This document shows positions 39,351-52,739 of a stretch of 64,000 bases of DNA, in pieces. The stretch is from positions 36,396,001 to 36,460,000 of the forward strand of contig CM052816.1 of the NCBI GenBank assembly GCA_028534125.1. Reading direction: 5' to 3'. The position numbers and the translations under genes were made by a program. Source of the DNA: Lama glama (lineage: Eukaryota). The notes below the pieces were generated by a model that was not told the DNA's origin, ran no database searches, and saw nothing but the letters and a program-made list of their open reading frames with translations. The first letter of the stretch is position 1. Every line of letters begins with the position of its first letter.

Positions 39351-42300
39351 AAGGGGTTGGCAGGAGAAAGGAAAAGTTTCTCTATGTTTAACAGTATTTA
39401 TTTTACCTAATTACAAAGGTAATGTGTTTTCATTGTAGAATATCTGTAACAGGTGTGCAGCAAAGCAATCTGGCACTACTTATGCAATTTCAGTATACTC
39501 ATATTTCATGACCTGTGAGAGAGAGAGTGTGTTTGTGTGTGTGTGCGTGTATAGCCTATAAAAGTTAATTAGTGGGAATGTTCAAGGAAGCTCACTGCAG
39601 CATTACTTGTGGCTGGGGACAGCAGGGAAGGAGGCAACCTGAGTATCCACACCCTGAAGCAGTAAATAAAATACACAAACAATAAAATTCTAACCTACAG
39701 AAAAAGGCAGGGCTTTGTTGTTGTTGTTGTTATACATCTCATATTGTGTCCTGGTATTCTTTATTCTTATCACAAAACTGGCCAGATGGGACTGAATTGT
39801 CTAATCCATGACTTTCACTCACATGGAGTCACTGTGTTCTGAAATCTCATTACTGCAGAGTTTCCTTGCCATTTGATGTTAGGCGTAGCATGGATGTAAT
39901 TTGTCCAGAAGCTTCAATGACTACTATAGTGGGTCCTGGCCTCACACTCATACCCTTTTTTAATAACCCAAACAGTTCACAGGCAACAATCTGCCTTTTT
40001 CTCTGTGCCTCACATCAGTTGCCTGGTGTCTGGTTCTCATAAAATTATCCTGACATTCACAAAGCAAATGTCCTTTGAGTTTTGACTGCAGGGTGAAGTG
40101 ACCCACCAGATGTGGTATTCTGGTGTGGTTTGAAGGAAGCATACAGTGTTTACATGAACCTTTTCAGGCCCTTTCCTGTGTGGGGTTAGCAGCATGGCAG
40201 TTAAATAAAGAAGCTTAGTCATCCAGAATCCTGTAAGCACTTGACACCATGTCAAGTAATCTACTCTACACCTTATGACTTGGCCATCCTGGATGCGGTA
40301 GAGAAGCAGCCTGCTAATAAGAAACCGCTGCTATTTGAGTACTTATCTACATCAGGACGTTACTGTATTTTCTTTTCCCTTTGGTAATATGCTTTTACCA
40401 AACCTCATTATGAAGCTACTGGCCACTAATAGAAAAGGGATGAAAATTTCATCCTGATTTTATGAATTTCTGGGCTGCAAACAGATTCCTCAATTATTTC
40501 ATTTATTTCTTGGATTATGATCTTGCAGACAGAACATTACAGGCAGGGCAGACTAGTAAACAGAATCCTTTCACATTGCTGACCAGTTCACTAAGGAAAC
40601 TTTATACTAACAGAAGAATTCTCTTTTCATCTGCTTTATGCTTTACCGTAAATGATAAACTATTGAAATCTGGCAATACTAGTAGCTTATTCCAAGAAAG
40701 GATAAAGATACCTATAGAGATGACTACACTTAAGCCTGTATGCATTTATTTTCCTAAGAAATGAAAGACGAATGTAAACACCTGACTTTTCTTGGTTAAA
40801 GCTTCTGACAACTTAAAATAGCATGTGGTTTTCTTAAAACTTGTTATTTTTTCTCTGTCTTCCTTTTTTAATTTATGAAAAAAGAATATAAAAGCTATTA
40901 GTAGATTTAAATGTTCCAAAAGCTTTAAGGCAATACAAATATTATTTAACAAATGTGAAATTTGTCATAATGCTCAAGTAACAGAAAAAAACCTCATGAA
41001 GATTTTCCTTTGTAAATACTTGTGACAGCTTAAAAGTAATAATTCCTCTTCATAAGTGATATAATGTGTCTCAACATGTGTCTAGGCCCACAACTATTAT
41101 GTCAATAAACAGAGCTAGTCAGTTTAATGTGCTATGGGCATGGACGAGTAATGCATACAAATGTAATGATTACAAGGAAAGAAACCACTACCTTTTCTAT
41201 TGTGGGTTTCTTCCGCGTGGTAAGAGGTTGGGAGACATCCCTACGTGAAAATTCCCTTATATCTGTACCTGTCTAAGATGTCTGTTCTTAGGTTTAGACT
41301 TACTGGTGAACTATTCTGGAGCCATTTTTATTCCACTCTAATTTTCCTATTATATCTTGCTGCCTCTGCAGTGTACTACTTTGACTTGGTGTATACTCCA
41401 CTATTTCGGACAGGAAGACTGAGGGTGTGAGAAGGAAGGAAGACGGGGTGAGGGAGGAGGGGCAGGATAAGGAATTCAAATAGATTATGTGTGTCCTGTC
41501 CTTGGCTGGAAATAAATACCCACAAGTTACTATGGCTTAAAGACTTATTTCTTGAGCTGGTACTCAGGAACATAACTGTGATGAATACATGTACATACGT
41601 GGTTTTATCTGTGTATGTATTGTGTATTGCATGTAGTATCGTTATCTACAGATAAAGCATGTATGCTGATGTGATCATGAAAATTTTTCAGAATATTGGC
41701 ATTGTAAATGAATGAGAAGACTGAAAAACAAACTCAATAACTGTCTAGAGTCTTATTTGGGGACAATGATAGTGATTAAAGATAACTGTAGTTTATCCAG
41801 TAGCTCCATTGTGCCACCTGTATAGAGACCCTCTTTAAACAGCTCTGGCAATACCACTCACAGTAACAGTAAAATACTGTTATTGCATCTATTTCACAGA
41901 TCATTGAAGCAAAACAATACAGGACTTTGTTTTCCCAAACCGGTTTGTTTGTTTTTTCCCCATTCCCCTACTCCTGGCTCTCTGTTGATAAAATCAAGAG
42001 AAATGCATCAGTAGCAAAGTAAACTTCATAGTTATGCTATGAGACTTGGTCCACAGCAGCAACAGAATAGTAACCCTTGTAGGTGCTCAACATTGAAGAA
42101 ATTGGAAGTATTTAAAATATCCTCCTGCAGGGCAGTTCAAGGCTGGACATCTCTCCAGGATAGTGCTTACACTTGGTGGAAGAGAGTCCTAGTGCACAAC
42201 TGATGGACTGAGGAGGGAATTCAGAGAGAAGAAACTTCAGAGTGCTCATCCGTGAGGAACCCTGTATGGCTCTAGTGAGAACTGGGGGTATTAGTGAAGA

Positions 42301-44817
42301 CCTCTTTTGCAATATCTTCAGAATCCTGGATGAAGTTTTAATGCTCGAAGAGTAAAATTACTTTCTTTCTAAATAGAGATTTTTCCTACAACTCTCTTCA
42401 GATGTTGCCAGCATAAGTACGGTGTTTCAAAAAGAAGTGAAGAAACTTAGCTACAGTTTCACTGCTATGGCCAGTTTCTGATTTGAATTCAAGTCTGACT
42501 CCAAAATCTATGTCTTGAAAGACATGCCCCACTGTTCATAGAGTACACAAGGGCCAATTTATGTCTCTATTGATATCTGCTATCATAGAGGGTAGAGATT
42601 ACCTGGCATGTAGTAGTTAGGTGATATGCCTAAGAAATGAGAAATTCTCATGCACTTCAGGGAAGTGCTTTCAACCTTTTTTAGTTACCTGAAATCTATT
42701 ACATTTTTTCATTCAAGAAATGTCTAAATTAAATCTGTTTATACCCCTGAGTAAATGTCATGGCAGAAGAAATAATTTGTTCTTAAATCTACATTCATAT
42801 AAATGATAGCATTCTGAAAAGTCTCAATGTTTTCAATATAAATGTACACAGATATTTGTATGTATAGAAAAACTGATAGTACATAGATAAAGAGATTAGA
42901 GACGTAGATGAAATATAGTTGCAACCATTGGCAAAGAGGTAGAATCTCAATTCTTGCCACATAGCAGGAATACATAATTGCACTGCACCTATCTGGCCGA
43001 ACATATTTTTTGTCTATTTTTGATGAATTTTAAAACAAATATATTTTTGAACCTGGTAATTACATTTTCTCTGGTAGTGATAGTTGGAAGAACAAAGTTT
43101 TTAAAGACGTATCCTAAGAAGATGTTTTAAATTTTTCTATTGCTAGTTTTCTGTTACCATGACTCTATTCTTATACAAAATCAAAACCTTTACTACACAG
43201 CAACTTCTATTCCACTACACATACTTCACCAACAGTGAATGAAAAGCAAAGTTTCATTACGAAAATTATTCTGGGAAAGTAGGCTAAAGACAGAGTTCTC
43301 ATTTTGTATAAATGGCAAGTGATACTTCACCATTTAAAAATTATGTCAGCCCTTAATTTCTTGCACAGTGTCACAGTTAGAGTAGGTGTTCAATAAATGT
43401 TGGATTACACTGAAACTAAGAGTGTGTACCCCAAATAATTTATGGCAAGAGAACTAGACAGTTCAGTTTCCTCTAATAAATCCAGCTAAAGTGACACAAC
43501 CTAATTTGTGGGTGATGGTCAGGAACGCTTATTAATATAAATTTCAGTGCAGTTATACTCAAGTCATTTGGACAAAATTAAATCACAATATAATTGACTG
43601 AGTGTATTTCAATTTTGAGACAAAATGTTCTTACATATAAACATAGGTATACACATGTACATGAAATGGAAGACTGATACAATTAGTAGTCTAATAGGAC
43701 ATCTGGGCAAGTTTTGTAGCATACTCAAAAATGAAGATGATGAGAATAAAGATTATCTATAAGGCAAATTAAGAAGTAGTGAGAAACACATCTCTGAATT
43801 ACTGAAATATCAACAGAAATAAGTGTAGTACTGCTCAGAGAGGGTGTGATAAAGGGGAGCAATTATTAACCTGAAGACAAGAGTGTGACTTTTAGATAAC
43901 TCAGGCTAACTATCCCTATTCAGGTAAAGAATGAGAATGAGAGAAACTTGAAAGAGCTTCTCCTTCCTCACTGCTTGGATGAATGCTAGCTATGCACTTC
44001 TGCCCATGCATTTCTTTTTCTTAGGTGCTGTTGTTTTGCTTTGTTTTAGAATATGGAAGCCAAAATGAGCTCCATCCAGGGAATCAAGTGGTTATAAGAG
44101 GATGTGAGAGATGATTTTCTACTGGGCTTGGCATGGTTGTGCAGCCCCTAGGGGCAAGTGGTAAAGTTAGAAACATCTGTACTCTATTTATTTAAAAGGA
44201 ATCCTTTGACACAGAACTTGGCAGTTATTTTTTAGGTTAGAAACTTGTGTACACACACATACAGATGATGTGTTCTTTCTCCCAATTGTCTTGTTATTGA
44301 CATTTGCAAACATGATTTGTGTTACTTTGGTTACAAACTCCAATCAAGCGTCTATTGTTGTAGGTGACCTGGTTTATTATATTAGTTTAGGTGCTTACAG
44401 CACACACATATTCTCTAAGTATACCAAGGATACAATATCAAGGGCATTAACAAATGAGTATTTAATACTAGCTGAGATGGAAGTTAAGTGGCTGTTTTCA
44501 AACAGAGTTGATTGAATGAGATGCAAAAATTGCTTTAAAGCTAAGTGTGAACTGTGTGACTGGTAACACAATTATCTCTTTAAGAACTTGTTATAGCTTT
44601 ATAATCATTCCTAGTTCATACAGCTCGCATGTATGAATGCTACAAATATTTTACACAGCACATAAATAATGTGAAGCTTTGATGCGACATATTATTATTC
44701 ACATATTTTTTCCTTTTTTGTTCTTGATAAAGTAATTTTTTTTGCTATTTACTTTCAATACATTATCTGATATAAGTCTCTAATTCTCTAGCTACTGGAA
44801 TCTAAGATGAATAATAA

Positions 44818-44925
44818 TTTGTCTTCCCATCTAGAATGTGAGCTCCTTGAGGGCAGGGGCCACATTTTAATTTGCCATAATGCCTTATGTACATTGATTG
44901 CTCAACTTATTTTACTGAATTAAAC
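44818..44925 (+). mobile_element. L2 3' end relic
   Basis: 'ctagaatgtgagctccttgagggcaggggcc' is the hallmark L2 3' motif. Confidence 0.8.
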
Positions 44926-45969
44926 GTTTATTTATAGTGTGTAACTCAGGGAGAAAAAGACATTTCTAATTTAACAAACATAATTATCTTTTAAGTTCTT
45001 TGCAAAAGATATGTTGGAATTAATATACTGCAACTGTAATTTGTGGCTTATCAATATTTCTGTAGAAGTTTCACCTTGAGAATTTTGTTAATCTTTAAAA
45101 ATACATATTTAAATTACCAACTGATTGACATTCAAACTGAAACAAAGTACCTAGCACTGAACGCAAAGGGGGAATATTTCACTCAACAATGTTGCTCCTG
45201 TTTAAGCAACAGTGCTTGATTAGCTAGTAAAAATATTTATTGTGCTAGACTAAAAGAACTGAGGCTGTTTTGCTAATTAAGAGTTTTAATTAGTAAGATT
45301 TATTCACTTATAGATTATAGATAGATATCTTAGTTTCATGGAGCTACACTGTTGGTTAATACCAAATGTTTAAAAATTTGTTTGTACATGCTTAATATCT
45401 GTACTTAATATGACCCCCAAGGCTTTGGGTGTCTATCGAGACTTGCAAATAATTATCTAATAATACTGACATAACAGCAAGGAGTGGAAATACTAGGGAG
45501 AAAGAAAACTAAATTCTTCAGGGACTTGTGTTGATTTTCATCTTATTTTTCTCCAAACAAAGAGATATAAGTGGACATTTTTATAAAGCTAAATATAATT
45601 TTCTATTCAGAACATAATTCTGAAAAAAAAATATTTTTTCTATTTCTCTCTGTCCTCTAGAGTAGTCACCCTTTTATAGTGTTTGATTCTTTCTGCTTCA
45701 TACAATATATCCACTTCTATTTGAACGTATTTTCTTCTTAGGGAACAGATGCCCTGTCTATATAATTTTCCTGATAACAGTGTTCCTGAAGGATTCAGAG
45801 AATCAGGGTAATTTTCCCTCAAATCATAGTCTCTCACTACTTTCTGAATGAGATATTTATTGGGATACTGATGTAGAAAGATATGGAGTGGATAATATCA
45901 ACATTTATTTCCAGAGATTTCTAGTTAATCTTGTGCCAAGTAACAATGCTTTGAAAACACATTTAGGTA

Positions 45970-47395
45970 CAGCCATATGTAAATCAATAAAAGAACACTC
46001 CCTCACACCATACAGGAAAATAATCCAGCAATGATTATGATCATATGATCATATGATTGTATGATCCAGCAATCCCATTCTTGGGCATATATCCGGAGGG
46101 AACTCAAAATGGCTTAACGACTTAAGTATAAGATGTGATACCATAAAACTCCTAGAAAGAATATAGGCAAAACATTCTCTGACATAAATCATAGCAATGC
46201 TTTCTAAGGTCAGTCTCCAAAGGCAATACAAATAGATGTAAAAATAAACAAATGGAACCTAATCAAATTTAAAAGCTTTTGCAGAACAAAAGAAATTATA
46301 AACAAAACAAAAAGACAAGCTATGGACTGGGAGAAAGTATTTGCAAATGATGGGACCAACAAAGGGTTAATTTGCAAAATATACAAATAGCTCATACAAC
46401 TCAATATATAAAACAAACAAACAAACAAACAAATCAAAAATGGGCAGACCTAATCAAAAAATGGGCAGAAGACCTAAATAGACATTTCTCCAAAGAAGAC
46501 ATATAGATGTCCAACAGGCACATGAAAAGATGCTCAACATCACTAACCTTTAGAGAAATGCAAATCAAAACTACCACGAGGGTCACCTCACATTAGCCAG
46601 AATGGCCATCATTCAAAAGTCCATAAATGATAAATGCTGGAAAGAGTGTGTAGAAATGGGAACTCTCTTGCATGCTGGTGGAAATGTAGTTTGGTGCAGC
46701 CATTATGGAAAACAGTAGGGAGATTCTTCAAAAAATTAAAAATAGACTTAACATATGATACAGCAATCCCACTCCTGGGCATATATCCAGAGGAAACCTT
46801 AATTTGAAAAGATACATGCATCCTAATGTTCATAGCAGCACTATTAATAACGGTCAAGACACAGAAGCAAACTAAATGTCCATGGACAGATAACTGGATA
46901 AAGGAGATATAATGTATATATACAATAGAAATACTACTCATAAGAAATAATGAAATAATACCACTTGCAGCAACATGGATAGACTTAGAGATTATCAAGC
47001 TAAGTGAAGTGAGACAGAGAAAAACAAATACCACATAATATCACTTATATGTGGAATTTAAAATATGATACAAATGAACTTATGTACAAAACAGAAACAG
47101 ACACAGACATAGAAAACAAACTTATGTTTACCAAAGGGAAGTCAGAGGATAAACTAGGAGTTTGGGATTAGCAGATATAAATTATTATGTAAATGAAATA
47201 GATAAACAACAAGGTCCTACTATATAGCACAGGGAAATATATTCAGTATCTTTTAATAAACCATAATGGAAAAGAATATGAAAAATTATATACATACATA
47301 AGTGATGTACACTTTGATGTACACCAGAAACTAACACAACAATTATATTTCCAAAAAAAATCACAGAACATCTAATAACTAGTATATTTGAGAAA
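45970..47395 (+). mobile_element. 5'-truncated L1 with a 16-bp TSD, internal templated insertion and putative 3' transduction
   Basis: Late ORF2, 3'UTR, A8 at 47353-47360, 32 nt non-L1, second A-run. TSD aaaacacatttaggta (45954-45969) / aaaaaacatttaggta (47396-47411). Confidence 0.95.
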
Positions 47396-47639
47396 AAAAA
47401 ACATTTAGGTAGCCTATTTAAAAACTGTATTTAGAAACTCAAACAATAAGTTAGGCTGTTACCTACTACATTTAAGTTAAATTGATCTAAAGTTTTATAT
47501 CAATGTAGAAACATTAAATTGGTTTTATTTGGTAAGTTTTAGGGACATTTATCATAAAGCAATGCCTTTCTTTATGTGCATGAAAATACCAGAAGCATGT
47601 GCCTCAGGCCTAAAGGAAACAAAGTAATTCTGAAGGATT

Positions 47640-47795
47640 CAGGTAGTATCCATAACACTAATGTGAAGCAGACATTTCCCTCAGTTGTGTGACCTTGGTC
47701 CTCTCTATTAATCTCTCTGGGCTGCTTTTCCTTCATCTGTGAAATGAAGGGATTCAACTAGACGATTTTAAACTACTTCCAACATTCATGATATA
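47640..47795 (+). mobile_element. MIR3-like relic
   Basis: 'tgtgtgaccttgg...ctctctgggctgcttttccttcatctgtgaaatgaagggattcaactagacgatt'. Confidence 0.75.
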
Positions 47796-48429
47796 TATTC
47801 CCTTTTGTGGATTTTCCATTTACAGAGACTGACTGAAGCTGTACTCAGGAGAGAGGTAATTCCATACAGATTAGACCTTAAAACGTGCTTTCCCAACCTC
47901 TACATCATTTCCTGCAGGACCTTGGGGGAAAAGCTAACTGACAGTAGACGTTATTTTTTTTTTTAATATTTCAACCAGTGTCTTTTTATTTCTGGTATAT
48001 TGATAGTTAACTATAATTTGTCAAAGACAAATCATTTCACTAGTAACAATTGTGAATCACAAATAAATGGCTCTTGAATATAGTTTAGTTAAAATTTCCT
48101 CAGAGAATCATCATGTACAATTATTAAAAGTCAGTATCATGATCCAGAAGTACAAATCAACCTTTCTGGATGTTTCTTCTTTAAAGCTATATCTACTGCT
48201 GGAGAAGAAATAAAATTTAGTCTACTAAAATCAGGTTAGTTTAGGTTTGGTAAGTTCAATAAAAGGATGCATTGAGCAAAAGAGAGGGGGATAAGGAAAA
48301 CAAAAAAAGGAAATCAATTATGTGTTAAGGCATTTAACCTGATGTACAATATAATTTGATGCAACATACTCTAATTAGCCAAAATATGGCCTATTAAATA
48401 TGTTTACATTGGTGTTATGATCTTAAATA

Positions 48430-48990
48430 AATAAAAACAACACATACAAATGTTGAGGTTCTTAGAGATGAATGAGAGTATTTCAAAGTTGGAAGTTTTA
48501 AGTTCATTTATATTCAACATTTTTGTGAATGCTCAGGAAAAGATAATAAGCAACACATTTTTATTTGTGCATGCCACTAACTTGGATGATGTTGCATACA
48601 CAGGGGAGGACAGGGAAATAATTTTAATAAAGAACCTGGAGGCATTAGAAGTGTGGTAAGGAAATGATAAAACTGAGATTTAAGTTGTAAAAATGCAAAT
48701 CATTACACAAGGGGAGGAAATAACTTAATGCAGCTACTCAGAAGGTGAGACAGACCCAAGAAAACAGGGGCAAAATAAATCTGGGTGATAGTGCAGAGCA
48801 AATGAGATATGAACCAGCAATGATAATAGACAGGAAATGTTCCCTTGCGCTTTTGAACCACAAAGAGGCATTGTGGCATAGGAAGATGAAGGGCACGCCA
48901 CCTAAACATTGGATTCAGCTCCTGCTACACATCAAAAAAGTTGACATGAATGCACAGTTGGACACACAGATGCTTAGGGGTCAGACTGCT
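48430..48990 (+). mobile_element. CR1/L3-clade LINE reverse transcriptase relic
   Basis: ORF 48450-48659 (FIFNIFVNAQEKIISNTFLFVHATNLDDVAYTGEDREIILIKNLEALEVW) aligns by eye to CR1 RT LFNIFINDLD..IECTLSKFADDTKLGGVADT.EDR..IQ.DLDRLE.W. Downstream KCK..H.GR, NLG, MNQQ and PKHWIQLLLHIKK match CR1 motifs in order. Confidence 0.8.
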
Positions 48991-49344
48991 AGGAAGCTGT
49001 CTCAATAGAGTGAATTTCTGCTACACGACTATTCAATGGACTCTTTTTAAATTAATACAGTGCAAAGGAATAGAGCAAGAAATAGTGACTGTCCCTATGA
49101 GCAACGTCTAATTCCCAGGAATTAAAGAGAAATTCCATGCAAATAACAGGTGAACTTCAATCTTATTAAACACAACTTGGTCTTCAAAAAACTCAGGCCA
49201 CAAAAACAAGCATTTCTAACACAACATCATTTCAAAAAATCTAAGTAAGCAAGCTGGTTATTTGGCTTTTATTCATATACCACATAATAACTGCTGAGTT
49301 TATATCTGTAGAATAAATAAATGAATGAATAAATACAAAGTAGA

Positions 49345-49490
49345 AATTTTTATATCCTTTAACAGATGAGAAAAGGTGAAGCTCCACAAAAGTTAACCAA
49401 TATTCCTTCCTAACCTCACCCAGGAAATAAGTTGCAAAGCCAGAGTTTAAGTATGCCTAGTGCCAAAGTCCATGATTTTTCCATTATTAA
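49345..49490 (-). mobile_element. MIR relic
   Basis: 'ctttaacagatgagaaaaggtgaagctc...gcaaagccagagtttaa'. Confidence 0.6.
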
Positions 49491-51909
49491 ATTAGTTCAT
49501 TGATTCTATAATTGACCAGTGGTCATCAATCCCTTACAGCAACCTCATGTCTCCTTATCTCCTTTTACAGACTTTCTTTGGATTTCTATTTTTACAAAGC
49601 CTTTGATTATGTTTTTTACTGGCTTTAATCAGTTTCTGTTAAGTATATAGTAGAAAGGATATCTGGAATTGTTTCCAAGTTCATATACATAAAATTTAGG
49701 AAAAACAGAAATGATAGATTATACAAGTAAATGTTCTCATGTGAACAAATTACAATGTCACGATATAAGCCTATTATTCATGCATTACTCAAAACTTATT
49801 TCTCGATGTTGAGCCCAGTGATCACAGAATCATCACAAGAAACACTAGTGAAATACCCTTACAAAATGGCTTGTATTCATCGTGCCAATAGGTAAAAAGA
49901 AGGAACAACTTTTTAAAACTAGTCTTTGTTCGACTTCCCAATTTATTTGTTCTGACAAATAATTTGTAGTTGGGTATACTTCCTTAGGTAGGCCTATGAG
50001 ATTTTTTGAGATGAAAATGTACGGAGGGAGCTGAGTGGTATTTCCCATTTATCTTCCCAAATTGCACAACACAAGCACCTTCATTAGACAGAATGACTGT
50101 GAAATGGACATGGTCCAAAGTGAGCAATGTTCTATGGGCTTTTCAATTTTAGAGACTGGTTTTAACTAGGGAAGATAAAAATATTAATACGTCAATTTTG
50201 CATAATGAAACTTGTACATGATTATAAGTAGTGCTGATTAGCTTAAGGGTTTATTGTTCACCCTCCATTTGCTGTATCTGTCAATAGATAACACTTTGGA
50301 GGACCATCAGGTGATTATTATCTTCATGGCCACAACCAATATAGAGCCACTAAAATTTTTTTAACTTAAATTTAATAAATGTGATAATAATTTAAAACAT
50401 TGATGCCATAAGCCCTAAATGAAAATTAGCCTGTACAAAAGTTGTTCTTTTTGACATTACTTGCCTTTGGAAAAATAAAGGAGAGAAAATGTCAAATATA
50501 TTTGTGCATTGCAAGTAATTTTTAAAAAATCAGTGAGAAAGTCTTGACCTTTGATATACCAACATAAAAAATGTATACTTTTATGATAAATAATGAAGTT
50601 GGTGTTATGTACCAATGGGATCAGGTTGTCTCTTCTGATTCCTGATATCAGAGCAAAAGGTATTTAGAAATCATTGAGATATAGTCAAGATTAGGGTGTT
50701 GAATGGCTTTTTTTGCTTTTTCTAATTTTTTTTTGAGAACATATTAAATTCAAGGTATTTCCTGAGCAAGCAGCTGAAGATGGAACCGGATAAGCTAGTG
50801 TCCCAGACACCTCACTAGCATTACACCCATCACCAGCAAATCCATTGAAAAGGATGTCACCTGGAAAATCGAAGTACTGTATCTTGTTAGAAACATCAGC
50901 ACATAGAGAGAGGCAGGCACTTCCCTTCTCTGTCCAATGAATCCCAATATTCTGGCTTTGTGATTCTTAAATGTGTAATTAAACCAGCCTCTGTGTAAAC
51001 TACAAGAAAACACGATAATATTTTCTGTAGCATTCAGAGATCTAGAGTATTAAACATGTAGAGGATGGACAGAAGTAAGATGTTCTAACAACTGTGATAG
51101 AACATGAGCCTGAGAGGTAGGGAAAAGGCTGAGGCCCACACATTGGAACAGAGGCTAAAGGTCAGAGTGGGATAAGCATGAGGTGCTTCTTCATTCTGAT
51201 GCATAGAAGTTGGTATTTGATTTATGCAAGCCTCTGCTTTCTAAGGTCAAATTTTTACCAGAGCCTTAAGGCAAACCTATGATCAAAATGATGAGTCAGG
51301 GGCCCCCAACTTTGAGAAGGAGAGATGTGGATGCTGATGAAGAGCCAGGGAAAGCTTGGCAAATATGTAAGAAAATGGCACATTAGTCCTTAACCTCATG
51401 TGCTGGAATCTCCTACTCAATTTGACTGCAGCAAATTATACAGAAGTGAATGGGCAGATACATCTGGAAAAGTTCCAAAATGTTCACGTGCTCAGGAAAG
51501 TGCAAAAGGAGCAAAGGGATTATCTTGGATGTGATCTTTGAAGTGTTAAGACAGTTTGAGGCTGGTGAAAATCTAAACTAAAATGCTGAATCTTTACAAA
51601 TTGTTAACTTTATACATAATACATAAGAATTGGCAGGAACAAGGTATTACGCCTGCTAAAGTTCCTAAAGTTATCCTGGGCTTTTAATATTGCAAATTTG
51701 TGATCTTCTGAAAATAATGCAATAATATAAACAGGTTAAATATTATTAATGTTAATAAAAGGCACATTTTCCTATAATATTAATAAAACAGCTGAATACA
51801 TTTTAAAGCAATAGTCCCAATATTGGAAGCAGATCAGCAATACTTGTGTGTTATTTGTTTGTGTATGCTCCCAAGCGTGTTACTGCCATTGCTATTATAT
51901 TTTTAAAGA

Positions 51910-52030
51910 CAGAAACCTTGCCCCAGCCCTTGAAGTTCTGACTCCACAGGTACAGAATGTGACCCATACATCTGAGTTTTATTTTGTTTTTTAATATCTT
52001 AAATCAATGCTAGTAAACAACCAGATTGTA
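51910..52030. mobile_element. Possible MER5-type hAT-Charlie DNA transposon fragment
   Basis: 'gccccagcccttgaagttctgactccacaggtacagaatgtgacccatacatctgagtttt' resembles the MER5 internal motif. Confidence 0.45.
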
Positions 52031-52059
52031 TATTTAAAGTCTGAAAACAGATTATAAAG

Positions 52060-52268
52060 TTAAAAGCAAGGACTTCAGAGTAATATCAGTTCAAATAATT
52101 CTAGATGTAATAGCCAATTAGTCAAATTACTCAGTGTTAGATTCCTTGATATTAAAATTGGGATGCTGATAGAATCTACCTGAAAAGAATGGTTGTAAGG
52201 ATGCAAAAAGATGAGTCATGTAAAGCAAAACCATTCTCTGGTGCAATAAAAGCAGTCAATAAATGTTT
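52060..52268 (+). mobile_element. MIR relic
   Basis: 'taaaattgggatgctgatagaatctacctg...ggttgtaaggat...catgtaaagca...cagtcaataaatg'. Confidence 0.7.
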
Positions 52269-52739
52269 CAAGGATGAATGGACTACTAACGGATATTTAA
52301 AAATAAGGACAAATAATAGTAATTAAAAAGAAACTACTGGAAAACACAAAGCATGTAACATCAATATTTTCTCAGTAAAATATTACATTTTTCACCTCTA
52401 TATTAATATATTTAAACATATTTTCAAAACAACATATTTTAAAATAAATTCTGCTACTTAAAAAATAAAAAAGTAATAAATGATCCAAATGCTCTCTTGG
52501 GGCTTTTATTCACCTACTAAAATTCAAATTGAATATAAAAATTGAAAATGATATATAGATAGGGTTCTATTCTGATGAGTTTCACTTGGGACAATCTGTC
52601 TATCATAAATGTTTCTCTTTTCATGATCCTGTCTTGCCCAACAAGCACTTGCTGTAGAAACAACAACAAAAACTGCTCTAAACATTGGCTTTTTATTGCC
52701 AAAATCCATTCATTCATTTTTGTGGGTAGTGTGTGACAA

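Noticed and set aside
46021..46070. Short atgat repeats as a CRISPR-like or regulatory array
   Set aside because: Units are 6-8 nt with no spacers and derive from an L1 phrase; the DNA is mammalian and no cas genes are present.
50757..51560. Possible old L1 5'UTR or LTR relic beginning near 'gaagatgg'
   Set aside because: Too diverged to assign by eye; needs a Dfam search.
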